Origin: Perna viridis | Taxonomy: Eukaryota | Direction of reading: 5' to 3' | Length of the DNA: 64,000 nt | Assembly: GCA_037379345.1 (NCBI GenBank) | Contig: CM074524.1 | Location: 27,896,750 to 27,960,749 of the forward strand | Part shown: positions 53,508-64,000 of the stretch, in pieces | How positions within the stretch are numbered: the stretch's first letter is position 1 | Layout: each line of letters begins with the position of its first letter | Made by a program: the position numbers and the translations under genes | Notes under the pieces: generated by a model | Databases searched by the model: none | The model's input: only the letters and a program-made list of their open reading frames with translations | What the model was told of the DNA's origin: nothing

Positions 53508-53672
53508 ACTTTTATAGATGTCGCTTTCATCAACTTCCTGTGGGTAATGCATTCATGATCAACAGGACGCTTTGTGTGTGAATATTGACGTTACCATGGT
53601 TATATTGTTTTACATTTATTTGTACAAATCTTGGGGAATATCTGTTGTTGTGTACGAATAGGGTTTTTTTAC

Positions 53673-53678
53673 AATAAA
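53673..53678 (+). terminator. Probable polyadenylation signal of gene B
   Basis: AATAAA ~165 nt after the stop, followed by a GT/T-rich tract (tttgttttgtgtttt, ~53696-53711). Confidence 0.55.
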
Positions 53679-54379
53679 TTAATGATGTATAAATATTTGT
53701 TTTGTGTTTTTCTCACTTTTAAGCATAAAAAGCACGTTAGCGCTCTGTAGTTGTACTCTTCTTTATCAGTCGATTTCCGGTCGTACAGAAAAAGTTAAAA
53801 CTGGCAGTCACTACAGATCTACTCTTCTCTGTCAATCAAACAAACACTAAGTACAGAGTGACAATTGGTTGGCTAAGAATCAGAATAATGCGTCTGTGTG
53901 ACATGCCTATATCTGCTGGCTGTTGCTTATTAGCCTTCACATTTTTACTTCCGAACCAGGCGAGTGCAGCAATGTAGAGTTTGTACAAATCGTTACTTTG
54001 ATTTATTCAATTTGAAATATATAATGATGAAACTGTGTTTATTTATTTGATTAATTCTATGTTACATGTAAGTGAATACAAAGGCGCAAATAGTAGTATA
54101 CTTGTATTCAATTTTCTTAAAAAAAGCGAAAAGAGTGAGACGTGCTACAAATCTACCAAGAACCTTTTCCCCTATTTATATAAAAAACCTTATTAAGCTT
54201 GCTCAAATACCCACGCGTCCCCATGTTGGATACTCAAGTAAATTTGTTCGTAAAAGAAATACATGTAGAAGGACCCCGATTAAAAAAGTAATTAAAGTGG
54301 TTTTTTTTCAGAATTTAAACCTTTTTCTTCTAACTAAATTCTGTTACTCAGAATGGTAGTTTCAAACTCCAGACTGTGA

Positions 54380-54755
54380 TTTCTTTGACTTTTAATTAAT
54401 TCAAAGTAAATGTCATCGTAGCGGAACAAAACGTACACTTGACCTGTAACTTGTCATGGCGATCTTATATACTAAAAATCATGTCATAATCTGCAAGCGT
54501 TTAAAAAAGTCCGGAAAACTGTTTTTTCTGTGAATTTTGCTAAGCTCAAGACCCGTAATTTCGGAAAAAAAACATCGGAGCGGAACGAAAATTAAACTTG
54601 ACCTGTAACATATCATGGTGAACTTATATACCAAAAATCATGTCAATATCTGTAAGCGTTTAAAAAAGTCCAGAAAACTGAAGATTGACTGACGGTGGAC
54701 GAACGGACGGACGGTCAAATCATTCTACCGTCCGCAACTTCGCTGCGTGGGATTT
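54380..54755 (+). mobile_element. HINE/Helentron-associated-like element (two ~160-bp core repeats, GACG microsatellite, 3' hairpin)
   Basis: agcggaac..cttgacctgtaac..aaaaaagtcc at 54420 and 54580; gacg repeats ~54690-54714; terminal imperfect palindrome ccgcaacttcgctgcgtggg. Confidence 0.65.
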
Positions 54756-57332
54756 AAAAATTGTCTTGTTAGTTTTGTGTAGTGGGGACAATCCCCTGTA
54801 GTCCTTCCCCACAAATACAAAAACACAATACTGCAGAAATAAATATCTCCTAACCAGCGGCCCTGCAGGTCTACTCTTCACAACGATACATCATGAATAG
54901 TGAAGAAATTCATCAAGTAGTTTCAGGTCTCATACATTCAAAATTTTGTCAAATTACTCTTACAAAACTTTACTATATAATAAATTATACACATCTATAC
55001 TACAAACCAATACTTACATATATACGTACTGAAATCTCTTCGTGTTGGTTTGCACATAAGGCCATTCCACTATATATGGAATCAAACTGACATGCAAGTT
55101 CAGATACATGTATGAGGCTTTTACAAAGTGGCGGACAGACGGGCAGAATGGACAGACACTTATTAATAACGCGTTTGTCAACGCTTCCAGAAGAAGAACA
55201 ATATATATTGTAGCCATGGTCTGAGTGAAAATTATTATACTGCCCTCCTCGAAATTGAAAATACTTTTTGTGACTTAAAAGAAATCTCTGACAACCCCCT
55301 ATTAGATTCAAACTGTTGTCCCATAACTTGAGAACAACTTGAGAACCAAAGGATGTTTTTTTCCAACTTTGCACATTTGTTTAGTTAAATAGAAGACATA
55401 TCAGATTTGTAACATAGTCCTATATGAACTTTATTTGTCCAATTTTGATCTATCCTTTAAGACCATCCTGCTGTAAACCTATCTTGCAAACATTTTATTC
55501 TTCAATTATATTAATGAGAATGAGGTGCGTTCAATCAACCCGGTCGTGTAAACTAAAAAGCTGTCCTTAAGATCATCTTGCAGAAATAAAAACGCATCGA
55601 TAGCACATGACAGACACCACAAACATTTATGATAATTAAATAAACGTTGAAGTTCTACAATCTCTAACAGAACATACAAATATAACAACATGACTTTGGC
55701 TTTAATTCATTATATTTCTCTACACAAGGCGAGTTATGAGACGTAGAGAACGTAGTTAATGGAGAGTTTCAAATCTTTTGGCGACTGCATTTTTCGTCCG
55801 TATATTCACCATGATCACGATTCTGGACCTTCAACAGCGTTTTCCATGTCAGATTCAGACTTTGTAGTCCTTGACAAACATCAACATCTGATAAATCATT
55901 AATTGCAAAGAATATCTGCTACACTTACATGTACAAAAAATATTCTTTTCCCCTACATCACCTGGCTCTATCACAACAGGTAGTTTAAGTCCAAAAGTTG
56001 TAACAAAATAGCTACAAATGTACTTTATTAATACTATATGGCAAACAATCCAGTCTACTCTTTAACATTGAAATGAGGACAAACAAAAAAAAAAACAAAA
56101 ACAAAAACAAAACAAAAACAAAAACTCACATATTGAACAGTTATGACGAACGTTCTCTAATTTTTGGTTGAGGATTGACGAACTGTCGGCGTAATCGGTA
56201 GTACAAACTGTCGAGTGTACGCAGAGCAGCTATTGAGTATTTACGGGGAGGACATGTAACATTATGTGGTTCACTAACAATATATATTTATAATACAACA
56301 AAGCTAGGCAAATTTAGCTTCTACATTTCTTTCCCCTTGCATTAAAGCTACAAAATAGTAATGATGAGAAATAAAATAACGTCTGGTTCTTGGTGTACAT
56401 TCGGAATTTTATCATAAATGTGGTCTAGCGTCCTGCTAGACAATATAACGTTTGAATAATCAGATGTTCTGGTTACGTGTCTGCTGATCGTACTATGGAC
56501 GGCTCTTGCCCTATTTCCCGGCTCTGGGGCTTCTTCGTACATTATGTAAAAATGATACTTTTAAGGATATAAAAAAATACTACATAGAACCTTACTGCGT
56601 CAACACAGCGTAATAAAAAGTTTCAAATACTAGGGTTATTTTTTTTAAGTAGCAGTCTTTATAAAAACCGGACAGGAGATGATTCATGCATGTCAAAACC
56701 ATCCAAATTGACTTCAGTTTCAAATTCAGAGACAGTTACGGGCCACATATAGCATAAAAAGTTTAGTTTTGTCTCACGGTTGTTGCAATTTCGAGATCAA
56801 AATCATAAAATTGTGCATGAAATTGGCACTTTGAATGAGTTATCGTTCTAGATTTGGTTTAATTTTGGTTTGTTTTAGTGGGAAATTAATTCAAAAGTAC
56901 CAATCTGTATACAAAAATGACTGTCGGTACTTAAACATCTGGCATATGTCAACCTAAAAAAGAATCTTCTCTATACCATGAATCACCTCTTACATAGACA
57001 GTGTGTGAATTTTGTATGGCACTTTACTTTTAAAATGATCATATATTTACATCGCATGGTGCCCAGCATCGGTTTAAAACATAAGCATGAAACAAAAACA
57101 ATACAAACACCTGTTAAGGCAAGAACAAATTAATCTTGAAATATCTGTTTTTGCAAATCGGAGAAAATTCGATGTCTTATATTCTCCTGTGAAATAAATT
57201 GAATCAGTATTTCCATTTTGCCAAGAAAGAATGACAAAATTGCCAGCAAAACTTTCGATTTTATATGTACAATGCACATATTATGCATGCGCCATTTTAA
57301 ACAGTGATGAACACTATGTCTTATTTTTTCTT

Positions 57333-57525
57333 TTAGAACTACCATTTGATACCTTTTGATTTTATAGGGCTAAGATAAAATTTGAAATAAAAAGGCAGGA
57401 TCTATTATTGCCCTATTTTTTTTTTGTTTATATTTAAATTTTGTCTTAGGCAGGAACTAAATTTTCCTAAGTTTGATCCTAGACTCACCCACTTCCCCAT
57501 TGAAATCAAATGGTTGCTCCCTTAA
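57333..57525. mobile_element. Degenerate MITE
   Basis: accatttgat (57341) is inverted relative to atcaaatggt (57505); the right end finishes ..gctcccttaa. Confidence 0.35.
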
Positions 57526-58774
57526 ATTAAAAACTAGTAACTCATGTAAAATGTATCTCTGAAGTGAACACAATACATTTACTTTGTCTATTTTTATAAA
57601 ATATCAAATTTATTTGTACACAGCTTTAGAAACATATCAAATCGCGATGTTTCCCAAACGATTCTGACTGTTTTGCCGCCAGTAAATGAAAACTTTAACA
57701 CTCGTCTTTTAAAAAAATGTTAATACCGTCAAATTACTAGTACTTGCTTTTTTCAAAAGTAAATGTAGTCTTGGGAGACATCATATGATATGAGGAATTC
57801 TTGGTAAACTTTAGCAGTGTAAAACATTTTTTCGTTTTACATTCACCGCTTAATTAAGAACTAATGTATTTATTTATTTGTGACTTAGAACATTGTAGTA
57901 CTGCAGTTAAAAATTTTAACAATATAAATATGAAGATCTTGTTGCCATACAAATCTTGTATGTATAGTGTTAAGTTGTCTAATGCATTTCTTTATTCCTA
58001 CATGTATCTTGTTTTCATTTTTGGAAACAATGGTCTTGAATTTATACTCAATCTTATTGGAAAGGCGCAAATTGCAATAATTACGAAACCGATGTTTAGA
58101 TGACAACGGCCTCAATGGCCATTAAAAACATTCAAAGTAGTAACTTCGGCAATAATATAATTCGCGTTTATTATTCGTGAAATTATAATTCGTTCCATTT
58201 AGAACTTCGTTAATTTCAAGTTTTTTTTTTAAATTTAATCACAGCGACACAGTCAAAGCGAGATAACTCTAGTTGTACAAATACACATACTTTATCTACG
58301 CGATCAAGCATTGTTAGTAACAAGATTAGTTGAAAGAAAACACACACAAAAATCCTTCAAACTATTCATTAGTATGTTCTATTAATCTTCTGTAAGGAGA
58401 AGGGGCAGTAAAGGGTCTTATTGACCTAAAATTCGAATGAAAATTAATCATAAAGTATTGAATGATTTAATTGTGAATTTGGCGACCTGAATCATCACGA
58501 ACAAGGAAACATTAGGACTTTTGATAATTCATATGGTAGTTTTATGGATGTAAATATGTCCGAAAATACAACAAAATTTACAATTCTTAGCAGTTTGTTT
58601 GTAAGTGATGTACAATTGTGGCACTTTGTGACGTCATATCAGTGAAATTTCAGCCACAAAATATTATTTTTCCTTATTTGGTATAGGCGGGTCTAAAACT
58701 AAATCGAATGCAGAGCTTTCTCATTAATTTCAGTCCCACACTGTATCTACTAAATGAGAATACAAACGCGATAA

Positions 58775-59343
58775 ATCATGTTAAAATGAGTACAAATCTA
58801 CCACCGGAAGGAATTATTTCTTTTCTAATATGACAAATATATATACGGTAATTTTTGTGACAAAAATTTCCCAAGGCGTAGCCAAAATAACGGCTGTCCC
58901 GTTTAACCTCCCCATGTGGAAGCTGGATTAAATTTATATATTTATGTCATCGTATGTATATGTGTGTATGTAGTTTCAACATATTTTATTTCAAAGAATA
59001 CGTCAATATTGTACATGATATGACAGTGTAGTAAATAAACACAAGGAATCGGAAACAAGCCATTTGGCTTATGCTAATCCGCCTCCAAATATAGGACAAA
59101 ATACATCTCAATACATTCAGAAGCATGCTCTTGAATTTTTACAAATACATGTACTATATGTGTGTATTTATATAATTGTTTTCAATTTAATAGATAACCA
59201 CTCAGCCGTTAAATCATCGCGTAAATGTTTTAAAATGAGTGTTTTGTCTCGAAACGACAGCGAAAAAAAAAAGACAGAGCGCAGGTCCTAAAGATGGGGG
59301 TTTTACCGACGTATACTGTTTGACGATACGAAGACGTCATATT
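58775..59343. mobile_element. Second copy of the 4965-5408 element, with an internal insertion and a truncated hairpin
   Basis: Colinear matches: aaaatgagtacaaatctacc, agccaaaataacggctgt, gttttgtctcgaaac, tactgtttgacgata..gaagacgtcatatt. Confidence 0.75.
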
Positions 59344-59663
59344 GGACACATACACAATCATTTCGAGTATAGTAAATGAAAACTTTTATTACTTTGTTAT
59401 GAACAACTTGTGTGTTATAACAACACAGTTGATATCTTTATCCAATATTCATAGCTTAATGCCTCTACATTCAATAATGCATGACCTTATGCAAATCATT
59501 TTGATTCAAATACACCGACTTATCTTTTTTCTGACTTATCGGTTCACACTAAAATAATTATATTAAATTTTATGGACAGATTATCAATACAATGGAGAAT
59601 AATCACTTTAATATTTTAATTATATAATTAAATGAAAAATGAACGTGTCTTCAATGCTACATA

Positions 59664-61991
59664 CAGTTGCGATCACTTTTAACCTGTCTTAAATTCTGTC
59701 ACAATCTGTCAGGATTTCTGTTCTACGACAGCAGATAGAACAGAAATCCTGACAGGGTCTGACAGAGGCTGTCCTGGATCAGGACACATGTTGCCCAATT
59801 CCATGACAGATCCTGTCCTGGGTTGTGACAGAAAATACGAAAAGCTGTTCTAAAATGTGATACCCCTGGACAGTTCCTGAAACCAAATCTATTCTGTGTG
59901 ACGTAATTTAGAACAGGAAGTCCACGATTAATAAATGAAACGGTTTGACTGATGTGAATTAGCAAATCCGATTAGGAAACAAATCTTGATTTCAAAATTT
60001 ACACAGAGAGCTCGTCGTGACCATCATCCCACAATCACTCGATCGTTGTTCATATTCCAATTTTCGTCGATCACGGTGCAGTCACTCATCGTTCAAAATT
60101 ATCATTGTTCACATGTTTACTTTTTAACACTCTGTCATACACCTGTGATATTAATTAAATCAAATTCTTTAATTATAAAATTTAAGGTCTATGTTTCTGT
60201 TCTAAGAGTAAAAGTGGTAACCGATAACTTCCAAATGTTTGGTAATTCTCAGTATTTAAGTAAAATTTCTAAAAACTGCAAAATGTTTGAGTGCTACATT
60301 GTAGCAGTTCTATTTTTCATAATGGTCTAAAACTATTGACTAACTAAATGCTTATTTTTCAATGTAACTACCATGTGGGTAACTGTGACACATATATTTC
60401 TGTCAATTTTTTTTCAAAAAATGTCATATTCCAGCATATGTATGAGTGCCCACTCTTTTCATTTCCATGAGGGTCTAAAATTAATGACTAAAATGCTAAT
60501 TTTTTCAATATAACTATCATATAGTGGCTCTGACACTTTAATTTGAGTCAAAATTCTTTAAAAATGTCATATTCTTGCAAAATGTATGAGTGCGATGACT
60601 TTTAATTTGTTTGTGGGTATAAAACTAATGACTGAAATGCTATTTTTTTTCAATATAAATATCATGTGGTGGCTGTGACACATTAATATGACTAGAAATT
60701 CTTTAAAAAATGTCATATTCTTACAAAACGTATGTGTTCGAGCACTGTTGATTTCCATGAGGGTTTAAGATTAATGACTTAAATGCTAATTGAGAGTCAA
60801 AATTCTTTTAAAAATGTCATATTCTTGCAAAATGTATGAGTGCAAGCACTTTTAGTTTTCATGAGGTTCTGAAATTAATGACTGAAATGCTTAATTTTTC
60901 AATATAAATATCATGTGATGGCTGTGACACCTTAATTTGAGTCAAAATTCCTTAAAAATATCATATTCTTGCAAAATGTACGAGTGCGCATACTTTTAAT
61001 TTGTCTGAGAGTATAAAACTATTGACTAAAATGCCATTTGTTTTTCAATATAACTATCATATAGGGGCTGTGACACATTAATTTGAGTCAAAATTATTTA
61101 AAAATGGCATGTTCTTGCAAAATGTATGAGTGCGAGCACTTTTAATTTCCATGAGGGTCTAAAATCAATGACTGAAATGCTAAATTTGTCAATATAACTA
61201 TCATGTGGGTGATTGGGACACATTTATTTGAGTCAAAATCTTTAAAAAATATCTTATTCTTGCAATATGTATGAGTGCCAGCACTTTTGATTTCCATGAG
61301 TGTCTGAAATTATTGACTAAAAAGCTATTTTTTGGTAATTTAACTACCATGTGGATGACTGCTACTTTTGTATTTCGGACAAACTTTTTCAAAGATGTAT
61401 ACTTACATCAGTCAAAATTCCTCAAAAATGTCATATTCTTTCAAAGTATACGAGTGTGAACATTTTAAAATTCCATAAGGTCTAAAATTTCTGTATAAAC
61501 TGTTTAAAATTGTCAATATATTTATAGGTACTCTGTATCTGCCTCCAAAGAACGAATTCAGTCCAAATTCTTTAAAGTCTGGTGCGTAGCAAGTGCAGCA
61601 GGCAATATTTTTTGTTGGTACCGCATGCCATACATAAAAGTCGGGTAAAAAATGGGGAAAAATCAAGTTTAAACATAGCAAGGCGTCCTTCCCGTTGTAC
61701 GAATCGGGATTCGGGTGCTACGACTTTTTATTTTTGAATCGCGTACATGTACTGTATGTAATTCAGTCAGAGAAGTATTCTCGAACACTTCTAGTCCACA
61801 TATCTGTTTTACCTAGAACAGTTCCTGACAGGAGAGTGTCAGGACCCATGACAGATTATGACAGAGCTTGTCCAAAGTCCTGACAGGCCCTGACAAGGTG
61901 TGTCGCGGGTCAGAACAGTGTCTGACAGTTTCTAGTTCTGTGACAGCAAATCCTGACAGGATAGAAGAGAGGTTAGAAGTGATCGCAACTG
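59664..61991. mobile_element. Non-autonomous Tc1/mariner-type TIR element (2.3 kb) carrying an internal satellite
   Basis: 22-bp TIR cagttgcgatcactt(t/c)taacct with one mismatch; TA on both sides (59662-59663, 61992-61993); subterminal TGACAG clusters at both ends; no transposase ORF. Confidence 0.85.
60280..61490. repeat. ~145-bp satellite array, about 8 diverged units
   Basis: Landmark atgtcatattcttgcaaaatgtatgagtgc (or a close variant) recurs at ~60421, 60564, 60710, 60814, 60959, 61104, 61249 and 61428. Confidence 0.9.
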
Positions 61992-62594
61992 TAACCACAA
62001 TCATGTTTTTGATATGCTGATTGCTGGACACACTCTTTTAGGTCAGTTCCAAATGTGTCGATTGTTCCAACAATGACGAAGAAAGTACAGGCTGATAGCC
62101 ATAGGTTACATCACTGCTAAGGACTGCCTCCTGAGCTAGGCTTTGATCGTCTTCAATAAGACCAACATGGTGACTGTACTGCTGCTCTTTCATTTCCATC
62201 CACCCCCAATGCTGCATAAAATGGAAAACATCCATGAATCTAAATAGTAAAATTATATGCTGCCAGACCGTTAATTATAAACGGATTTAACACATTCTTT
62301 CCAGCAAATATTCTGGTAACTAGCAGTATAGTGTTTAACCATTATATACATATTACAGTCATACATGTATAGATCTCCTGAAATATCTACATGTACATGT
62401 TTACAAAAGTTCTCTAGCTGTTTTTGGCCACTACAGGAAAACTTCTTAAATTATTTGTATTTTCTTAGACCTCTGTTTTGCTATAATGTAAATCACGAAA
62501 GCTTCATTGTAATGTTATACAAACTATGGGGAGGGGGTACTATTGTATCAATTTTGATCAATTAGAAAATTGGACGATAGGTATGGACAAATTT

Positions 62595-62996
62595 AGTAGC
62601 ACACCAGCTAAGGATCAAACAAAATGTGATTCATGGGTAAAAAGCCTACATATTTTTATTTTTGATATTTTGTTTGAAATGTCATAGTAAGCAGAAATTA
62701 AAATATGGCTTTTCATATAACCCGTGCTCTTAGGAGATAAAAATTGTATAGAATGCACTGTAGATTTTAAAATTAAGGGAGATAACTCTGTAAATGACAC
62801 TCAAATACAATAGAATTTATTAGATTTTCAATGTTAATTATCTTCTAAGAGCAGGAAGATTTGAATGAATAATTACACATTTCATAGTATAGACCCATAA
62901 AACAACTTAATTACAAAAATAAAAATATGTAGCCTTTTTAAGGGTGTATCACATTTTTCAGATTTTGCATGATTCTTACAAAGACAGTTACTTAAA
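62595..62996 (+). repeat. ~400-bp dispersed repeat; copy of 24920-25319
   Basis: Colinear with 24920-25319, same orientation. Confidence 0.85.
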
Positions 62997-63732
62997 TTCT
63001 CAATGCAAACAAATAATATTTTTCTCGTATGAAAAAACGGAACAAAATGCATGTTGGTATTTTCTAAAAGTCGTCTTTAAACAAAGAAGTTCAAGTGTTG
63101 TATATATATTATTTCAAAATGTCTTTATCAGTGTAGAGATAAAAAATAGGAGTCTTCTTATCTTGTCGGCAATTACTTCTATGATCTGAAAATGAGAAGT
63201 AGTCTCCCTTGTTTCCTCGACATTATCCTATTAAGTCTCTTTATATTCACTGAAAAGACAATTTCCAGCTGATGATTTTTTAACTATTAACTTTAGTAGA
63301 ATAGAAACTTCTGTTATATTTATTATTTTTATATTTTATTAAGTTAATTATAAATGCAGAATGAAATATCCATTAAATTATACTTACATGTTGACATTTC
63401 ATCTTACAGTCTACATGTACATGTATTTCATTTCGCTAAAGAAATATCAATGTTCTCAATAATCTATGTAGTTACTAAGTAGCGGTACATGTGGTAACGA
63501 CATCAGGGCGGATCAAGAAATTGACGAAGGAGAATTCCAATTAAAAAAAAACGATGTATCAGCTTTAATTAGCTCATTTTTGTCCATTTTCCCTCAAAAT
63601 CAACAAAAGTACCCAACAAAAGAAGGAGGATGATCTAACCCCGATACACAAACTTCAACAATATCCAACCAACTCATCCAATATTTTAGATAGAAAAAGT
63701 TGTTAAGGGTGAGTGTCAACAAATCAGCAAAT

Positions 63733-63940
63733 ATTCCTCATGTCCTTTAACAGTTCGGTCCACTGTATTACATGTATGTATGATTCCTCGTGTCCTTTAA
63801 CAGTTCGGTCCACTGTATTACATGTATGTATGATTCCTCTTGTCCTTTAACAGTTCGGTCCACTGTATTACATGTATGTATGATTCCTCTTGTCCTTTAA
63901 CAGTTCGGTCCACTGTATTACATGTATGTATGATTCCTCG
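63733..63940. repeat. 50-bp minisatellite, 4 near-identical copies
   Basis: Unit ttcctcttgtcctttaacagttcggtccactgtattacatgtatgtatga. Confidence 0.95.
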
Positions 63941-64000
63941 TTAAACTAATTGTACACTGTAGGAATTCTGTCAGGGGGAGTTTCTGATTGTCCCATCTGG

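Noticed and set aside
62038-62239. Possible terminal exon on the minus strand (acceptor at 62240, ~66 codons to TAA)
   Set aside because: No recognisable protein motif and no partner exon identified in the window; cannot be supported.

Overview
AT-rich, intron-containing animal genomic DNA. The repeat content resembles bivalve-mollusc genomes, which is an inference. The only intact genes I can support are two nine-exon paralogues arranged head-to-head: gene A on the - strand (CDS 43802->39067, 395 aa) and gene B on the + strand (CDS 48616->53507, 375 aa). Each encodes signal peptide + astacin (M12A)-like domain + one MAM domain. Both have lost every catalytic element: all three Zn-binding His, the catalytic Glu, the Met-turn Met and Tyr, one disulfide and the propeptide. 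The replacement residues are shared and conserved between the paralogues, so they look like a secreted astacin-MAM pseudoprotease pair under selection, and their core promoters are also conserved. The rest of the window is mobile and repetitive DNA: a decayed intron-containing Ginger/GIN-like integrase element, 12 fragments of one Penelope-like family with a C-terminal RT (Naiad-like) and a structured 3' tail, two SINE-like insertions with 11-bp TSDs, long-hairpin non-autonomous elements, a Tc1/mariner-type TIR element carrying a ~145-bp satellite, a HINE-like element, several minisatellites and one assembly gap. Exon structures were read by hand; no database search was possible.
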